Source: Amoebophrya sp. A120
Lineage: Eukaryota; Protista; Dinoflagellata
DNA: 64,000 nt
Reading direction: 5' to 3'
Assembly (NCBI GenBank): GCA_905178155.1
Contig: CAJINV010000005.1
Coordinates: 7,742,989 to 7,806,988, forward strand
Below the pieces are notes generated by a model. It ran no database searches, was not told where the DNA came from, and saw only the letters and a list, made by a program, of their open reading frames with translations. Position 1 is the stretch's first letter. Each line of letters starts with the position of its first letter. This document shows positions 60,901 to 64,000 of the stretch, one piece after another. The translations under genes were made by a program, and so were the position numbers.

Positions 60901-62725
60901 GGGAAAAGATGACTTTTTTGGAGTTCACTTTTGGCCATCAAAAGTGAGCACTTTTTGTGAGGATACGTCACTACTTCTAAAGGATACCGAAAAAGGTCGC
61001 TAGAAGTAGACAAGAAAGCAGCAACTTGTAATGCGGACAGGCTGCAAATAAAAGCAGTACTAGAACGAGAGGGGTCTAGTAGAATAGTGCAGCCCAGCTT
61101 CGCGGCTGGCCAGCGAACGTTGTCACCCGGCGACGAGTGACCATCAAATTTTTTTTTTTGAAAAAAAAATCTAAAAAAATCAAGAGAAAATCGTGACGGG
61201 GGTGCCATCTGAGGTCGCCCAGCTTAACTTTCACTTTTGCCATTGTTGCGTCACAAATTCACGCAACAGCTGAGAGTGTAACAGTTGAGAACGCCATACC
61301 CAGTGTCGTGTCTCCCAAGCCGAAACGTCCCGCCGACGACCGTGGTGGTGCCCACCGCGGTATCAAAAGGAAAAATCCTCCCTCCCCATATCGAAATGGA
61401 AATCTGTGGCGCGGGATTTGTGTACACAAATCGGCTCTGTCTTGCAGTAGAAGACTGCAGGAAGATACAAAGCCGGAGTAGGGGCGTTTTGGTGTAGGCG
61501 CCTAGCAAGGCAAGCATGTCCTCCATAGGCCTTACAGCATTACAAACTGCCTGCAGAACGCGGCAGGGCTTTTGGATTTGCCTTCTTGCAATACAGAGAC
61601 GATTTGTGGTCTCAAATCAGCATCACAAACTTTCAGAAGTATCCCGTTTTGGTATAATGGGGAGGGGGGCTTTTTCCTCGCAATACGCGGCGGCGGCCCC
61701 CCTGGCGACGACGCGAGCCGAGGTTCGACTCGTAGCGCCGCCGCATGGAGTATCAACTGCAAATATCATGCCTGGGTCGGGAAAGGTTGAACCTGTATTG
61801 CGTGTTTCGCATTTCTAAAAAATCTGTATTGCACAAGCAGCAAATAAAGCGCCAGCACACTTTCTTAATGCAAAAACGCAGTTTGTCATGCGTCCTGCGC
61901 ATGGCAGAGCGTTTGAACAAATATTTGTCATGCTGCACTGCACTTAGAGGCACAATCAATCATGACCATTCAGCATTACAAGTTTATTCCAGACCCAGAC
62001 ATATTTGCAATCCGTATGGAGCAGTATCGCCGTCTCGATTCAGATCTGCCGACCCACGTTTGTCGCACCAGTTGCTGCGTGCGGGTGACGGTTATCCAGT
62101 GCAAAAGTTGTATCACACTCGTAGTATTAATTGCAGTCATGCATATACAAATCTCGTCCCCAAGGCAAATCAGCATGATAAATTCCATTTGTCATGCTGA
62201 GCGAACTTGTATTGCAATTACTACTAGTACGATACTTTTGCAGTTCATAACGGTCCCGAGGCTGCAGTAGCCGATATTGTGCTGGTACGTGTCCTTGTTA
62301 TAGCGCTCGTACGACCTATGGGAGTGTCAGGATCGAAATCGTCAACGTAGTTGAAATCATGATTTGTCATGCATAAAATGGATGCCACTTGTAACCCAGT
62401 TTTCAAGTGGCACATGACAAATCTTGGTGGTGTCTAAATCCAGTTTGTAATGCTGTCTGGGTAAGGAAGACGCGTTTTGTCATGCTACTTTAGCAGCTCT
62501 ATTTCTACCCCGAAACAGGCTCCTTACAATCTGCCTTCCTTGCCCACTCTGCAAGACAGGCATTCTGTGGGTTGCATTTTATGCATCGCAATCTAAATCT
62601 ATTTCAACTCTGACGATTTCAAACCTGACGCTTCCATACGACCGCCGCCGCTTGTATTCTTTTCTTTCCAGGTCACCTCGCCACCCATGCCCATTGTCCT
62701 GGGAAAAGTGCTCATCTGCCGGGAC
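48934..62725 (-). CDS. Large cysteine-rich repeat protein with thrombospondin type-1 motif (likely secreted/surface); 5' end not resolved in window, 3' end tentative
   Basis: Spliced frame gives CKWTSWTGWTSGCGVQVSTRTR (TSP1) and repeated D..xCC..xC..(GYVI) modules; 32 complete introners. Not every junction was translated. A GTAAG next to the stop could be a further donor. Confidence 0.7.
49614..49870. mobile_element. Introner family B
   Basis: TIR; TSD cttat. Confidence 0.9.
49934..50168. mobile_element. Introner family C
   Basis: TIR; TSD gtatt. Confidence 0.9.
50521..50738. mobile_element. Introner family H
   Basis: TIR; TSD cgcct/cgctt. Confidence 0.9.
50958..51107. mobile_element. Introner family A
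   Basis: TIR; TSD gaggt. Confidence 0.9.
51210..51361. mobile_element. Introner family A
   Basis: TIR (AAT...GTA ends); TSD tgatg. Confidence 0.85.
51537..51829. mobile_element. Introner family D
   Basis: TIR; TSD tgatt. Confidence 0.9.
51872..52027. mobile_element. Introner family A
   Basis: TIR; TSD tatgg/tatcg. Confidence 0.85.
52077..52323. mobile_element. Introner family B
   Basis: TIR; TSD cagct. Confidence 0.9.
52368..52492. mobile_element. Introner family A (internally deleted)
   Basis: TIR; TSD ccgca/ctgca. Confidence 0.85.
52578..52869. mobile_element. Introner family B
   Basis: TIR; TSD gttcg. Confidence 0.9.
52919..53436. mobile_element. Introner family A carrying a nested MITE
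   Basis: TIR; TSD cgtgg. Confidence 0.9.
53001..53365. mobile_element. Nested non-autonomous TIR element (MITE-like) with telomere-like repeats
   Basis: GGTTAACAGACCAGAATCTCAAC...GTTGAGATTTTGGTTTGTCAACC; TSD aattt/aattt; GC-rich core. Confidence 0.8.
53555..53806. mobile_element. Introner family C
   Basis: TIR; TSD cctca/tcgca. Confidence 0.85.
53911..54215. mobile_element. Introner family F (second core type)
   Basis: TIR; TSD cccgg. Confidence 0.9.
54281..54546. mobile_element. Introner family B
   Basis: TIR; TSD gaccg/gacca. Confidence 0.9.
54598..54903. mobile_element. Introner family J
   Basis: TIR; TSD caccg; opposite orientation to 34145-34449. Confidence 0.9.
54955..55211. mobile_element. 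Introner family B
   Basis: TIR; TSD aacct/aatct. Confidence 0.9.
55281..55439. mobile_element. Introner family G
   Basis: TIR; TSD ttgca; opposite orientation to the other G copies. Confidence 0.9.
55577..55828. mobile_element. Degenerate introner family C
   Basis: Eroded TIR; TSD ccaca; removal gives GSCGTG. Confidence 0.8.
55967..56331. mobile_element. Introner family E with ~130-bp nested insert
   Basis: TIR; TSD eroded (tggcg/gctcg); +5 removal keeps frame. Confidence 0.8.
56532..56685. mobile_element. Introner family A
   Basis: TIR; TSD cctgc. Confidence 0.9.
56769..57036. mobile_element. Introner family B
   Basis: TIR (left CAT); TSD aggcg/aggtg. Confidence 0.9.
57104..57428. mobile_element. 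Introner family D
   Basis: TIR; TSD gtctc/gtcgg. Confidence 0.85.
57660..57953. mobile_element. Introner family D with TGT...ACA ends
   Basis: TIR; TSD cgtgc. Confidence 0.85.
58033..58186. mobile_element. Introner family A
   Basis: TIR; TSD caacc/catcc. Confidence 0.9.
58239..58452. mobile_element. Introner family I
   Basis: TIR; TSD gtagc. Confidence 0.9.
58525..58776. mobile_element. Introner family B
   Basis: TIR; TSD cagat. Confidence 0.9.
59254..59498. mobile_element. Introner family C (splits the TSP1 WxxWxxW motif)
   Basis: TIR; TSD tccag. Confidence 0.9.
59576..61298. mobile_element. Introner family C expanded to 1.7 kb by two nested inserts
   Basis: Both TIRs intact; TSD cccag/cccag; removal gives WETRHWEYAHF. 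Confidence 0.85.
60417..61227. mobile_element. Nested non-autonomous TIR element (MITE-like)
   Basis: TTGAGCTGGGCGCCTCAGATG...CATCTGAGGTCGCCCAGCTTAA; 6-bp TSD ctttca; internal inverted repeat ~60680-60743 vs ~60911-60963. Confidence 0.8.
61361..61685. mobile_element. Introner family F (second core type)
   Basis: TIR; TSD cgcgg. Confidence 0.9.
61751..62016. mobile_element. Introner family B
   Basis: TIR; TSD tggag. Confidence 0.9.
62093..62249. mobile_element. Introner family A
   Basis: TIR; TSD acggt. Confidence 0.9.
62317..62638. mobile_element. Introner family K
   Basis: TIR; TSD cgacc; opposite orientation to 45038-45350. Confidence 0.9.
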
Positions 62726-62880
62726 TATGGATTGCAAAAGTGTCTGGGTATCGAAAGATGTGAATTTGTGATGCGCACTTCACATCACACAAAAATCTGT
62801 CATGCATGGAAGCCAAAAGCTGCACACTTCTCGCCACAGAAAGAAGGCCTGTGTCATGCGGATTACGCACGAAGAGACAT
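62726..62880. mobile_element. Left half of a family B introner; partner end not in window
   Basis: TATGGATTGCAAAAGTGTCTGGG plus internal TGTNATGC motifs; no right TIR or gggac TSD seen. Confidence 0.65.
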
Positions 62881-64000
62881 TTATCAAAACCTGCGAAGCT
62901 AGTGCTTTTAGAGAGGGTGGATCCTGAAGTGTGATCACAGTATCTGATCTTCGCAACGGAAATCAGTGGCGAACAGCGGCGCCGGTGATGTTCATTTGAG
63001 AACTCAGGAACTCAGTTTCAGAGTTGGTTTTTGATTTTTTTGGTTTTATTGTTCGAAACAATATCAAACAGCTACGATAGTGGCGTCTATCGCCGTGGGA
63101 AAAATTCAGGGCTCATTTCGGTTTTTTCATGTGTTGACGTTTTGACAAAAAGAGGACTCATTTTTCGAAACAAAAAAGACTTGTGCTTGCGCTCTCGGTT
63201 GTGAAGAAAGAAACTCTCGGCGTTGTTGTTGTGATGAAGTTCTTCTACTGACGTAAAGAAATAAACACATAAACAAACGACCCGACGGCTTTCTTCCCTT
63301 CTCTCTGAGTCTCTCGATCCAAACAAAGTCAACCCACAGATACTGAAACGAGCACGACACTTCAGAATGTCAGATCGACAGTCAGTGCCCGGGGGGTGGA
63401 GAAAGACAATGTTGGAAAGAGCGCTCAGACTTCACCGCGTACTCGTCGGGATCCCCCGGCACACGCCTCTCCGTGTAGGATGACTCTTCTTCGGTGAAGA
63501 AAACCAGAGTGATCCGTTGTCAAATCCACCAGGGCGGTAGACGTCCAGCTGGAGCCGCAACTTCAGCTAGAGCGTGGGTCCGCATATCCCCATTTGTACT
63601 GGAGTCGGTTCCCGCTTTCGAAACAAGAAAACTAACACCAATTATTCACTGGCTCGGTTTTTTGAAGTGGCTGGCTGCTCGGTTTCACCCGCGTGGTTGT
63701 GCTAACTCTTCCCAGTTGCCAACAGACCCACCGCGAGACTCAAAACCCAACGGAAACTTCCGGAGGAAAAGGAGGTCAGGAAAAGGGCTGCGCACTCTTT
63801 ACAGTTGGGCAAAAAGTCGGCTCTTTTCCGAACCCTGGGTGAAGCGTTTCACTTTTATGACACGAGACGCAACCGCGTGTAAATCGGCAGATTGCGAGTA
63901 AAATCATGGAAACAAATTCGGCAGTTCTTTTCCCATCATGACACTTGTTCTTTTTGATGTCGAACAGAAACGAGATCGCCACGCGTTGGACGAAACGGTC

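Noticed and set aside
687-62249. CRISPR-like array (recurring palindromic TGCAAAAGTATCGTACTCGTA with unique spacers)
   Set aside because: Repeats are inverted pairs with TSDs, spacing is irregular, the spacers are in-frame exons, and no cas genes are present.
117-63982. Numerous short ORFs sharing YECDTFA, CKSIVLV, PDPDIFA, MSGSG peptides as a protein family
   Set aside because: They are translations of introner TIRs in different frames.
1-64000. tRNA, rRNA, spliced-leader relics, transposase or reverse transcriptase genes
   Set aside because: None recognised by eye; dedicated searches were not possible.

Overview
Eukaryotic genomic DNA. The pattern (co-oriented genes, TAT...ATA inverted-repeat introns) best matches the parasitic dinoflagellate Amoebophrya, strain A120 type; this assignment is an inference. 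Six protein-coding genes all lie on the minus strand: a coiled-coil hypothetical protein, an NZF-UBX-UBX-UBX-RING-H2 protein, a RAP-domain protein, VPS8, an alpha/beta hydrolase, and a very large Cys-rich/TSP1 surface-type protein. By manual count they are broken up by 93 complete non-canonical, MITE-like intron elements (introners, mostly 109-330 bp) in about 14 families. Nearly all start TAT and end ATA, carry family-specific terminal inverted repeats (TIRs), and are flanked by a 5-bp target-site duplication (TSD). At every junction I translated, removing the element plus one TSD copy restored the reading frame without GT-AG. The otherwise unrelated families share an internal multi-copy motif, GCAT[G/T/C]ACAA. 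Copies occur in both orientations, tolerate nested insertions (up to 1.7 kb total), and sit almost only in coding exons. Five ordinary GT-AG introns co-exist with them. Most ORFs in the supplied track are exon/introner chimeras. Coordinates were counted by hand and may be off by a base or two.
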